DNA of 58,425 bases, taken from NCBI GenBank assembly GCA_051382335.1, contig JBBCAX010000038.1:1-58425 (forward strand), in the 5' to 3' direction. Shown here in pieces: positions 37,883 through 46,457 of this stretch. The notes under the pieces were generated by a model. The model saw nothing but the letters and a program-made list of their open reading frames with translations, ran no database searches and had not been told where the DNA came from. The position numbers were made by a program, and so were the translations under genes. Each line of letters begins with the position of its first letter. Positions within the stretch are counted from its first letter, which is position 1. Origin of the DNA: Deltaproteobacteria bacterium TL4. GTDB lineage: Bacteria; SAR324; NAC60-12.

Positions 37883-40800
37883 ATGAAACAACACAAACTA
37901 TGGATCTTGATCCTTCTGACCTTTACCGTTTTGGCTACCTTACTGTCATGCAGTGATTCCAATCACGAGGAAGGGGGAGGAGGACTCACCTTTACCCTAC
38001 GAATTTCTGAAGACACGTTACCGACTTCCACCTCTGGAGCGCAGCGCTTAACAATGCCTTCCAACACCTCAGGAATTGGGACGATTCGGGTGCAAATCTT
38101 CAAGGCGTCCGAACAACTGGCCAATTCTACCAAAGGAACCCCACTCCAGTTCAATTTTTCTCCCAGGGAGGCCTATGGCAAAATGCCCGATATTCCTGCA
38201 GGAACAGGCTACATCGTGCAGGTTGAGGCTTTCCAGACAGGCGTCTCCAAACCCAAATTTTCCAACAGGGTACGCAACGTCGTGATTGAGGAAGGTAAGA
38301 CTACCGACCTGGGTATGGTGATTTTGTACCTCATCTCCAAAGGAGTGTTGACCACCCATAAAACTGTGGATCCCAGTGCGAAATGTCCCAGCGGCGGAGT
38401 GGAGATTTATTCAGGGATTGATGAAAACGACAACGGAACCCTGGATGCCACCGAAATTGATGTGACCGATGTCGTTTGTCATGGCGACAAATCACTCACC
38501 AGCATTACAAACGAACCCAATGGAACCAACTGTGCTACCGGAGGTAAGAAAATCAGTGTGGGACTGGATAACGGGGAGGGCGGAGGCCTTGCCGGAAATG
38601 GCATCCTCGAAGGCGGGGAAACGGATAGCAGCACTTATGTTTGTAATGGAGCAACCGGAACCACAGGCATCGGAACCTCGGGTGCTACAGGAACCACAGG
38701 CATCGCCACGCTGATCAAATCCAGTACGGCGAATGCGCCGGCCCTCTGTCCCAATGGCGGACTGAAAGTGGACTCCGGACTCGATAACGGCGATGGCGGA
38801 GGCACGGCCAACAACGGAATTCTGGAAGAAGTGGAAGTGGACGCCACTTCCTATGTCTGTAATGGAGCCACTGGTGATAAAGGTGACCCGAGTACTTCCG
38901 GTTACAACACGCTGATCACAATCACTACTGAAATTCCAGGCAACAACTGTACTTCAGGAGGAAAAAAGATTGAATCGGGTCTCGACAACGGAGACGGCGG
39001 TGGTACAGCCAGCAATGGAACTCTGGAAAGCGGAGAAGTGGATTATTCCACCTATGTTTGTAACGGAACCGACACCACTCCGCCCCAACTCTCCAGCACC
39101 AACCCTGTGGATGGCGCTACCGGAGCCGATGTTACCTCCAGTATTTCGGTGACCTTCAATGAAGCCATGAATACTGCTACGATCACCACCCTTACCTCAG
39201 GTACGACTTGTTCAGGAAGTATTCAGCTCTTCACAAGTACAGATGCCTCCTCAGACAGTAATTTCAACAACTGCGTTCCAATGAATGCGCCCCCTGTTGC
39301 CAGCAACAATAACAAAACGTTTACAATCACGCCCGCTTCCAGCCTGAGTACGTCAACAAGGTATAAAATCAGGGTAACGACGTCCGCTACTGACTATACT
39401 GGGAACGCCTTGGCAGTCGGATATACACAGACCGCAGGGTTTATTAAAAATGAGGTTCCTACTATTTCCGCATCTATAGGCAATGCCCAAAACACCCTGG
39501 CCTGGAGTTCCGTTACCGGAGCCACGAGTTATAACCTCTATTGGAGCACTACTACCGGAGTCACCACCAGCAACGGCACCAAAATCAGCAGTGTGACCAG
39601 TCCTTACACTCATACAAGTCTGACCAATGGTACCGCTTATTATTACATTCTGACTGCGGTCAATACAGGCGGAGAAAGCAGCGCTTCCACGGAAGTCAGT
39701 GCTACACCTGTAGCTATTTCATCCAGTGTGTCTTTTACTGATACGGATTATACCAGTAGTGAGGTAGCTGGACCGGTCACAATCAGCAAAGCCGACAGTG
39801 AAAGTACGATGACCCACTACGTGCTCTATTGGGGCAGCAGCAGTACGACCAAGCAAAGTACGACTGCTATCACCGAAATTGCAGCCAATGGGAGTGCTAC
39901 CTACACTTATACATTTGCGGCTAATACCACCTTACCCTCGACTGCTAGCCATTTGCTGGTTTACACCAAAAATGGTTCTATAGAAAGTCCGAATCCTGTG
40001 AGTGTTTCAATTACGGATTTGATTGCCTTGCCTGATTCGGGACAAACGATTTCCTACAGCAATTCGTTTGGAGAAGATCATGATTACCTGATCAATCCAC
40101 AGTCTTTCACCGATAATGGCAATAGCACAATCACGGATAACGTGACGGGTCTGATGTGGCAACAAACAACTGATGCGACGAACAGAGACTGGGCTACCGC
40201 AGGCACTTACTGTGATATTTTAATCCTAGGTGGGTTTAGTGACTGGCGCTTGCCGAGTAAGAAGGAACTGGTGAGTATCATCTCGTTTGGAACTTCTCAC
40301 CCTGCGATCAATACCACCTATTTCCCTAATACGTACTCTTCGACTCATTGGTCGTCTACGACGTTCGCCCCTGACCCATCCTGGGCCGGGTTAGTGTCGT
40401 TCCACAACGGCGACGTCAACTCCAACGTTAAGACAGTGAATGACAATGGACTTGTTCGATGTGTCAGAGGCGGAACTTCTGGAATTTGGTCATTGTCTTA
40501 TTCAGCCAGCGCTGGCACTGTGACGGATAACGCAAGGGGACTCATGTGGCAACAAACTGATGATGGCACGACCCGAACGTGGGAAGCGGCGTTGAGTTAT
40601 TGCGAAGGGTTGAGTTTGGGAGGCTTTAGTGACTGGAGACTCCCCAATGTTCGAGAATTGGAATCGATTACCTTGGATTCCACTTACTCGCCTGCGATCA
40701 ATACAACGTACTTTCAGAATACGCAGTCCGATTATTATTTATCGCATTATTGGTCGTCTACGACGCTTTTCGATGACACGTCCATAGCCTGGATCGTGAA

Positions 40801-41380
40801 CTTCTTCAACGGCAAAGCCGACAGCGACGGACTCCAGAAGACGAGTAGTGGCTATGTTCGGTGTGTGCGTGGGGGACGTATAGTATACACTATTCCAACT
40901 GCGTCAATTACTATTGATGGCAATATTGGTGATTGGCAAGGAATTGATCCTGTTATATCCGATAAAGAAAATGATAAAGAACTCAATGTCAGTGGTGGAG
41001 ATTTAAAAGCCATTTACCTTGCAAAAAATGGTAATACATTATTTATTAGATTTGAATTATACACTGATAATATTAACAATTTAAACCACTACAGAATATG
41101 GTTTGATAATAACAAAGACAGTACTGTTGATGGTGATATTAATGATCGACAGGTCGATGTCCAAGGATCTACAGTTGATGTGCAATCGATGCAAGAACCG
41201 TATGGAGGAGGAGTGTCTGTGCAAAGTTCTGCGGTTTCTAATGGTTCTAACCTTGAAATCTCACTAAACATATCTGAATCGGGAATTTCCAACAGTTTTA
41301 TGATTTTTGGGGCAGTCCGAGATTCGAGTTACGTAACCATTGATTGGGCGGATGTCCATAAAACGGTTGATAACAACTGA
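37883..41380 (+). CDS. large surface lipoprotein: Cys/Gly repeats, Ig-like, Fn3, two DUF1566 (Lcl C-terminal) domains, C-terminal beta-sandwich
   Basis: AAGGAG RBS, lipobox LLSC, four C..GG....G.D....G.L...E......VC repeats, DTTPP..VTFNEAM Ig domain, Fn3 (YNLYW..LTNGTAYYY), two GLMWQQ..W..A..YC..GGFSDWRLP..EL..WSST..VRCVR domains. Confidence 0.88.
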   Translation: MKQHKLWILILLTFTVLATLLSCSDSNHEEGGGGLTFTLRISEDTLPTSTSGAQRLTMPSNTSGIGTIRVQIFKASEQLANSTKGTPLQFNFSPREAYGKMPDIPAGTGYIVQVEAFQTGVSKPKFSNRVRNVVIEEGKTTDLGMVILYLISKGVLTTHKTVDPSAKCPSGGVEIYSGIDENDNGTLDATEIDVTDVVCHGDKSLTSITNEPNGTNCATGGKKISVGLDNGEGGGLAGNGILEGGETDSSTYVCNGATGTTGIGTSGATGTTGIATLIKSSTANAPALCPNGGLKVDSGLDNGDGGGTANNGILEEVEVDATSYVCNGATGDKGDPSTSGYNTLITITTEIPGNNCTSGGKKIESGLDNGDGGGTASNGTLESGEVDYSTYVCNGTDTTPPQLSSTNPVDGATGADVTSSISVTFNEAMNTATITTLTSGTTCSGSIQLFTSTDASSDSNFNNCVPMNAPPVASNNNKTFTITPASSLSTSTRYKIRVTTSATDYTGNALAVGYTQTAGFIKNEVPTISASIGNAQNTLAWSSVTGATSYNLYWSTTTGVTTSNGTKISSVTSPYTHTSLTNGTAYYYILTAVNTGGESSASTEVSATPVAISSSVSFTDTDYTSSEVAGPVTISKADSESTMTHYVLYWGSSSTTKQSTTAITEIAANGSATYTYTFAANTTLPSTASHLLVYTKNGSIESPNPVSVSITDLIALPDSGQTISYSNSFGEDHDYLINPQSFTDNGNSTITDNVTGLMWQQTTDATNRDWATAGTYCDILILGGFSDWRLPSKKELVSIISFGTSHPAINTTYFPNTYSSTHWSSTTFAPDPSWAGLVSFHNGDVNSNVKTVNDNGLVRCVRGGTSGIWSLSYSASAGTVTDNARGLMWQQTDDGTTRTWEAALSYCEGLSLGGFSDWRLPNVRELESITLDSTYSPAINTTYFQNTQSDYYLSHYWSSTTLFDDTSIAWIVNFFNGKADSDGLQKTSSGYVRCVRGGRIVYTIPTASITIDGNIGDWQGIDPVISDKENDKELNVSGGDLKAIYLAKNGNTLFIRFELYTDNINNLNHYRIWFDNNKDSTVDGDINDRQVDVQGSTVDVQSMQEPYGGGVSVQSSAVSNGSNLEISLNISESGISNSFMIFGAVRDSSYVTIDWADVHKTVDNN

Positions 41381-41460
41381 ATTTAAGCTTTTGATTTCGA
41401 CACGCAAATTGTTTAAAAAGAAGGCGACATTCAGACATTCAGATGGCGTCATTCGATCTT

Positions 41461-41563
41461 GTTCCCAAGCTTCAGCTTGGGAACTCAACAACACGGAAAC
41501 TCTGCTTCCTTGAACTGAAGCTGGAGCTTCGATTGGAGCATTCCCAAGCTGGAGCTTGGGAAC
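41461..41563. repeat. REPIN-like paired palindromes
   Basis: GTTCCCAAGCTTCAGCTTGGGAAC and TTCCCAAGCTGGAGCTTGGGAAC in inverted arrangement, with an internal GAAGCTGGAGCTTC. Confidence 0.8.
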
Positions 41564-41620
41564 GCGTTGGAATAGCTGTCCCGCCTTAAGTAGCTAGTCA
41601 ACGGATAAGAAGTTTCATAG

Positions 41621-42307
41621 CCTGGTTGTCACCAATATTATCTCTGAGGCAATACGAGAATAAGCTGTGAATTTCACATTGTGGAAGGATGTCATGAATT
41701 TTTGTGATCAGAACTATCAAATCAAGTTACTCCGTTTCTATGGTGTGGACCCTCAGTCACTGGAAAGTTTCTTGTTTCAAGATGTTTTGCCTGTATCCCT
41801 GCATTCGCCTTTAGAACGTTTGGGACGCAAGACTCTCGCCCCTTTATTCGCGGCATTACCGGAACCTTTATTTCTGTGGGTTACCCGGAAGCTCAAAACC
41901 TTGTTAAATCGTCAGAGTTCAAAGACTGAGCGGATGGAGCTTCATCCCCTGGAAGTTTTTCTGCAAAGTCATCGCCTGTCCCAAAAAGGGATGTGGCATT
42001 CTTCCCCTCGGCCATTGATTTTAAGTCATGATGTCGATCTACTGTCAGGGTATCAAAAGATTGATAAAATTAGTCAAATAGAAAATAAGCTCAAGCTCCA
42101 TTCAACCTGGCATTTTCTAACCCAATCTCGATATCCATTAGAGCCTGAATTATTGGAAACATTGGTGAGTGCAGGGCATGAAATTGGTCTGCACGGGGTG
42201 TGGCATGATTTGTATTTGGGGTATCGTTCTGCTCCTTATCAAAGAGCTTTTCTAAAAAAGGGTATCGAACCACTGTCAGCGTATCACCCGGTTAGCTTTC
42301 GTGCTCC
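41621..42307 (+). repeat. long direct repeat, copy 2
   Basis: Matches 35513-36201. Both copies end at ...TTTCGTGCTCC. Confidence 0.95.
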
Positions 42308-42707
42308 AGCGCTCTCCTGGACACCTGAACTGGCGAAAAATCTGGCGTATAGCGGGTTACGGGTTGACAGCTCCCTGCAGACCTATAATCAAGGATGGAA
42401 ACTATGGAGACCGATTCCTCTTGAGGATGGAAGGTTGTGGGAATTTCCGTTAACGATGCAGGATGATCACTTATTCAAAAATATGAGGTTCAGTAACGCT
42501 GAAGCCACATCCTGCATCTTTCAAGCTTTAGACACCTGTGAGGCCTACGCTGCTCCAGCCGTTTTAAATTTCCATCCTTCGATCATTGGAACCCGTCTGG
42601 ATTGGTATGAGCATTTGCTGCAGGAAATATTAAACACAGGGAAATGGGAAATCATGACCGTGCGATCGGTGCTTTCAGATATGGATCTGCAATGGCAGGC
42701 CCTGTGA
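41667..42707 (+). CDS. polysaccharide deacetylase-family (CE4/NodB-like) protein
   Basis: LSHDVD, GHEIGLHG, FRAP, DSS, EFPLT, LNFHP. Confidence 0.85.
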   Translation: MNFTLWKDVMNFCDQNYQIKLLRFYGVDPQSLESFLFQDVLPVSLHSPLERLGRKTLAPLFAALPEPLFLWVTRKLKTLLNRQSSKTERMELHPLEVFLQSHRLSQKGMWHSSPRPLILSHDVDLLSGYQKIDKISQIENKLKLHSTWHFLTQSRYPLEPELLETLVSAGHEIGLHGVWHDLYLGYRSAPYQRAFLKKGIEPLSAYHPVSFRAPALSWTPELAKNLAYSGLRVDSSLQTYNQGWKLWRPIPLEDGRLWEFPLTMQDDHLFKNMRFSNAEATSCIFQALDTCEAYAAPAVLNFHPSIIGTRLDWYEHLLQEILNTGKWEIMTVRSVLSDMDLQWQAL

Positions 42708-42718
42708 GCTTCAGCGTC

Positions 42719-44173
42719 CTAATGTGCGCCTGGCATTAACTGTGTTTTTATTCCAACTTTGGCTTTGGCAATGAATTCCCGAAAGGACCGGACTTTAAGA
42801 ATTTCCCGGAGGATGAGTTTCGGACGTCGATAAAACCGTTTATACGCTAAGGTGAAGAGTTGCATTAATTCCTCACGAGACAAATGTTCTTCCCATAAGG
42901 GGGTCTCAAAATCCGAGTTGGGATTTTCCGCGAATTGCTTCCATATATCATGAGTCACGATACCCCGTTCCAACGCCATGGCATACAGTTCTGTGCCCGG
43001 AAAAGGCGTCATGATGGTAAACTGGACATAAGTAGGATCCAGCTTGATCGCTAAATTAATGGTGTCCAGACAATCCTCTCTCTTTTGATCCGGCCCTCCA
43101 ATAATAAAATCAGCCAGAGTATCGATTTTATATTTCTTTGCTAACTCAAACGCCTTAAAGACTTGCTGCATGTTAATGCCTTTTTTTAAGACACGCAGCA
43201 TCTTTTCGGAACCGGCTTCAACACCAAAGGAAATCCGTGCGCATCCCGCAAGTTTGAGCTGTTGAAGGACCTCTTCATCAATCGTATTGACACGGGCTCT
43301 GATTGAAAATTTGAGGTTGAGTTGTTCCTGTTGGATGAGTTGACAAATGGCAAGGACTCTTTTTCTTTGAACCGTGAAGGTATCGTCCCAAATTTGAAAA
43401 TCATGAATGCCGTGCGTCAAACCTGCTTTAAGATCCGCAATCACTCTTTCCGGGGAATGAACCCGGTAGTCATTTCCCATCGTGGGCCGATCACAATAAA
43501 TGCATTGAAAGGGACAGCCTCGACTGGTCATGAGCATTCCTGTGGCATGTTGACTCATCAACGATGAATAGCGTTTAACAGGGATGGCATTAAAATCAAG
43601 CAACGGAAGTTGATCCAGGTTCACAATGACTTCGGCGGGTTTTCCGCGGCATATCGTCTTTTGCGCATCGTAATAATAGATTCCAGGGACATCAGAAACA
43701 GGGGTTTGTTGTTCCATGCATTCGATAAGTTGAGGAAAGGAATGTTCCCCTTCGCCTGTGACTGCATAATCGGCCTGCGAACTTTTTAAGGCTTCAACAG
43801 GGAACAGGTGAACATGAGGCCCCCCAAGGACGATGCGGGTTTGGGGGAGAAAATTTTTAATCAGCGCAATACAGTGATTGATTTCTATCAGATGAAACGT
43901 CAGAACGGTTATTCCAATGAGATCTGGCTGAAGTTCGGTCAACCTCTGGATCATTTCTTCTTTTCCCAGTTTTTCCACAACGCAATCTAAAATACGCAGA
44001 TCATCCTGAGGTCTAAGCTTTCGGTGAGAGGCATAGATATAAAGAAGTCCCAAGGGGGGATAGACTCCAACCTCATCGTCAAAAAGGTCGGACATATCCG
44101 CTTGAATATGATGTCCCATTGGAACTTTTAATAATACAATTTTCATTTTCCGATTCTGGCTTAAAGTCCGCAT
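42719..44173 (-). CDS. cobalamin-binding radical SAM protein
   Basis: YPPLGLLY, LGGPH, GEGE, TSRGCPFQCIYC, DDTF, GVEAGS, TPFPGT. Confidence 0.92.
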   Translation of the reverse strand: MRTLSQNRKMKIVLLKVPMGHHIQADMSDLFDDEVGVYPPLGLLYIYASHRKLRPQDDLRILDCVVEKLGKEEMIQRLTELQPDLIGITVLTFHLIEINHCIALIKNFLPQTRIVLGGPHVHLFPVEALKSSQADYAVTGEGEHSFPQLIECMEQQTPVSDVPGIYYYDAQKTICRGKPAEVIVNLDQLPLLDFNAIPVKRYSSLMSQHATGMLMTSRGCPFQCIYCDRPTMGNDYRVHSPERVIADLKAGLTHGIHDFQIWDDTFTVQRKRVLAICQLIQQEQLNLKFSIRARVNTIDEEVLQQLKLAGCARISFGVEAGSEKMLRVLKKGINMQQVFKAFELAKKYKIDTLADFIIGGPDQKREDCLDTINLAIKLDPTYVQFTIMTPFPGTELYAMALERGIVTHDIWKQFAENPNSDFETPLWEEHLSREELMQLFTLAYKRFYRRPKLILREILKVRSFREFIAKAKVGIKTQLMPGAH

Positions 44174-45147
44174 CGGGGACAGTGTTTACGATTGATATCC
44201 AAGTGCCGATTATACTGCATATCCATAAACATGGCGGCAACAATGGAAAAATAACCACTGATCGCTATCATCGCAACCAGCAGCATCCATCCATAACCGA
44301 CGAAAATCCATGGAAAGAAAATGTCAATGATGGTAATCGTGATCCCCGAGAATACGCCGATGATGAAAGCGGGAAATCCGTAAAAATAAAGTAACACGAG
44401 GGGGTGAAAGCTTTTATACACATATTTATAAATCATGCGTTTCGTAAATAATTTTATCATCAACCAAGCAATCGTAAATATGACAATCCGAACCCGGATT
44501 CCTGATTTTTCGCCCACTCCATAAACCGCATTGACGGGTACATCCACTACGCTAAAGTCCTGAATATTGAGTGTCACCAGTAAATCATTCGGCATTCCAT
44601 AACGTTTGTAAATATCCTTTGGTTCAATGGTTTTAAGGACATGCAGCGCCATTGCGGTATAGCCGCATTGGGAATCCGCAATATGCCAATAACCTGACGC
44701 GATTTTGGTTAGAAATGAAAGAATAATACTGCCAATCAGTCGAATCCGGGGCATTTTGGTCAAAACCGCAGGATCATAAAAACGATTTCCTTTAACATAG
44801 TCCGCTTTGCCTTCAAGCACAGGCTTCACTATTTTTTCAAGGTCCTTCGGATCCATTTGCGCGTCACCTGCCATCACGACAGAAATGTCGATGTTACGCT
44901 CCCGTGTCCATAAATACCCGCTTCCTATGGCGCCTCCAACCCCCTGGTTTTCCGGATGCGCAATCAAGATGACTCTCGCATCGTGTTGAGCATAATGTTC
45001 AATGGTTTCATAGGTGTTGTCGTCACTGTGATCATCAACACAAACCATATAATCAACAAAACCAGGCATGTTTTCAATCACTTTTCCGATTAAGTGGGAA
45101 ACATTGTAACACGGCACAACAACACCAATGGATTTATTATCAAGCAT
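44161..45147 (-). CDS. glycosyltransferase family 2 (polyprenol-phosphate glycosyltransferase-like)
   Basis: VVVPCYN, VDDHSDD, NQGVGGA, MAGDAQMDP, DSQCGY, two C-terminal TM helices. Confidence 0.9.
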   Translation of the reverse strand: MLDNKSIGVVVPCYNVSHLIGKVIENMPGFVDYMVCVDDHSDDNTYETIEHYAQHDARVILIAHPENQGVGGAIGSGYLWTRERNIDISVVMAGDAQMDPKDLEKIVKPVLEGKADYVKGNRFYDPAVLTKMPRIRLIGSIILSFLTKIASGYWHIADSQCGYTAMALHVLKTIEPKDIYKRYGMPNDLLVTLNIQDFSVVDVPVNAVYGVGEKSGIRVRIVIFTIAWLMIKLFTKRMIYKYVYKSFHPLVLLYFYGFPAFIIGVFSGITITIIDIFFPWIFVGYGWMLLVAMIAISGYFSIVAAMFMDMQYNRHLDINRKHCPRCGL

Positions 45148-45227
45148 ATTTTGTATCCTGTTTAAATTTCCTGGGAAGTTAAATTTTCAGATTATTCCAG
45201 TTTTTCTTCTGTAAATATCATCAGCAA

Positions 45228-46259
45228 CTACCCCCTCTCAGGCTTTTGATTCTTTAATGCGGTAATATCTGCTTCCAGTTCTTTCATGCTTTGCTCGTGC
45301 TCCAGTTTTTTTTGTTCTTTCTTGTATTTTTCATATTCCAGCGCAGATTTCTCGATGGCCTTTGCATGACTGATCTTCCCCGCATGAGTTAAAAGTGCTC
45401 TGCCGTTAAGCTGGATAATGGCATCCAACCGCTGTATCCAATCTTTCATATACATCGGCGTATGCTGCATCGCCATCGTTTCGGCAAAGGCAAGGTACTG
45501 CTCCACAAGCAATCCAAGCAGTTTCATTTCATCTTCATCCAGATAATTTTTGGCAATACTGACATCATTTTTTCGAATAGGGACATCAGCCTTTTTGTCA
45601 TAGGACTGCATCCCCAGAAGAGGAAGAGCCGCATCAACACGGCGATACACCAACTCAGAAGCTGTTTGTTGGCTGATAGCCCAAAGCAATTTATTCTGCA
45701 CTATTTTAAAAAACTCGATGGTTTTTTCATCGTGCGGATCATAGTCAATGCTGGTCGCATAGATATCTTTGATTTTCTGGTAGAAAAAACGTTCCGAAAG
45801 CCGGATTTCCCGAATTCGTTCCTGCAACTCATTGAAATAATCCATGGAGTTACCGGTTTTAAACCGTTCGCTGTTGAGGGAAAATCCTTTGATGATGTAC
45901 TCTTTAAGCCGTTGGGTGGCCCAAATACGGAATTGGGTTCCCTGCAATGACTTTACCCGATAACCCACTGAAATAATGACATCCAGGTTGTAGTAGTTTG
46001 TATTATAAGTTTTTCCATCCTCCGCAGTTGTTCGGAAATTCCGAACAACTGAATCCTCAACCAGTTCCCCTTCTTTGAAAATATTACTGATGTGTTCGCT
46101 GATCGTCGCTTTTGACTTCTGAAAAAGTTCGCATAAATATGCTTGAGTCAGCCAGACCGTTTCATTTTCAAGACGGACATCAATTTTGATATTGCCGTCA
46201 GAGGCTTGGTAGATGAGAATCTGGGAGTTAGGTTCAGTCATTTGCGTCTCCTGTGACAA
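45228..46259 (-). CDS. virulence RhuM-family protein
   Basis: ETVWLTQ, YNLDVIISVGYRVKS..GTQFRIWAT..LKEY..KGF, IREIRLSERFFYQKI, VQNKL. Confidence 0.9.
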   Translation of the reverse strand: MSQETQMTEPNSQILIYQASDGNIKIDVRLENETVWLTQAYLCELFQKSKATISEHISNIFKEGELVEDSVVRNFRTTAEDGKTYNTNYYNLDVIISVGYRVKSLQGTQFRIWATQRLKEYIIKGFSLNSERFKTGNSMDYFNELQERIREIRLSERFFYQKIKDIYATSIDYDPHDEKTIEFFKIVQNKLLWAISQQTASELVYRRVDAALPLLGMQSYDKKADVPIRKNDVSIAKNYLDEDEMKLLGLLVEQYLAFAETMAMQHTPMYMKDWIQRLDAIIQLNGRALLTHAGKISHAKAIEKSALEYEKYKKEQKKLEHEQSMKELEADITALKNQKPERG

Positions 46260-46457
46260 CGTATCTTTCGGTTTCCAAGAATTCGATTAATGCGCTTTCT
46301 CATTTAAAATCATTAGAATTTCTAATATTGTTTTACTTAAATTTTCTTGGACTCCACCAATAGCAATATGATTCAACGAAATCAATCCATAATCAATTTA
46401 TCGGCTTGTCAGCGGTTTTGATTTGTTTCACAATGCGCCGTCCGAGTTAAACTTCAG

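Noticed and set aside
38380..39070. Regularly spaced DNA repeats that could suggest a CRISPR array
   Set aside because: They are degenerate in-frame coding repeats of the lipoprotein. There are no identical repeats with unique spacers and no cas genes.
41381..41620. Candidate DGR template repeat or IMH/hairpin downstream of the Lcl-domain gene
   Set aside because: There is no AAC-rich copy of the VR scaffold here or elsewhere in the window. The hairpins belong to a REP family.
35513..42307. Direct repeat as a plain assembly duplication
   Set aside because: The copies differ at about 5% of positions with a synonymous bias and small upstream indels, which an artefactual duplication would not produce. 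A strain chimera still needs a read check.
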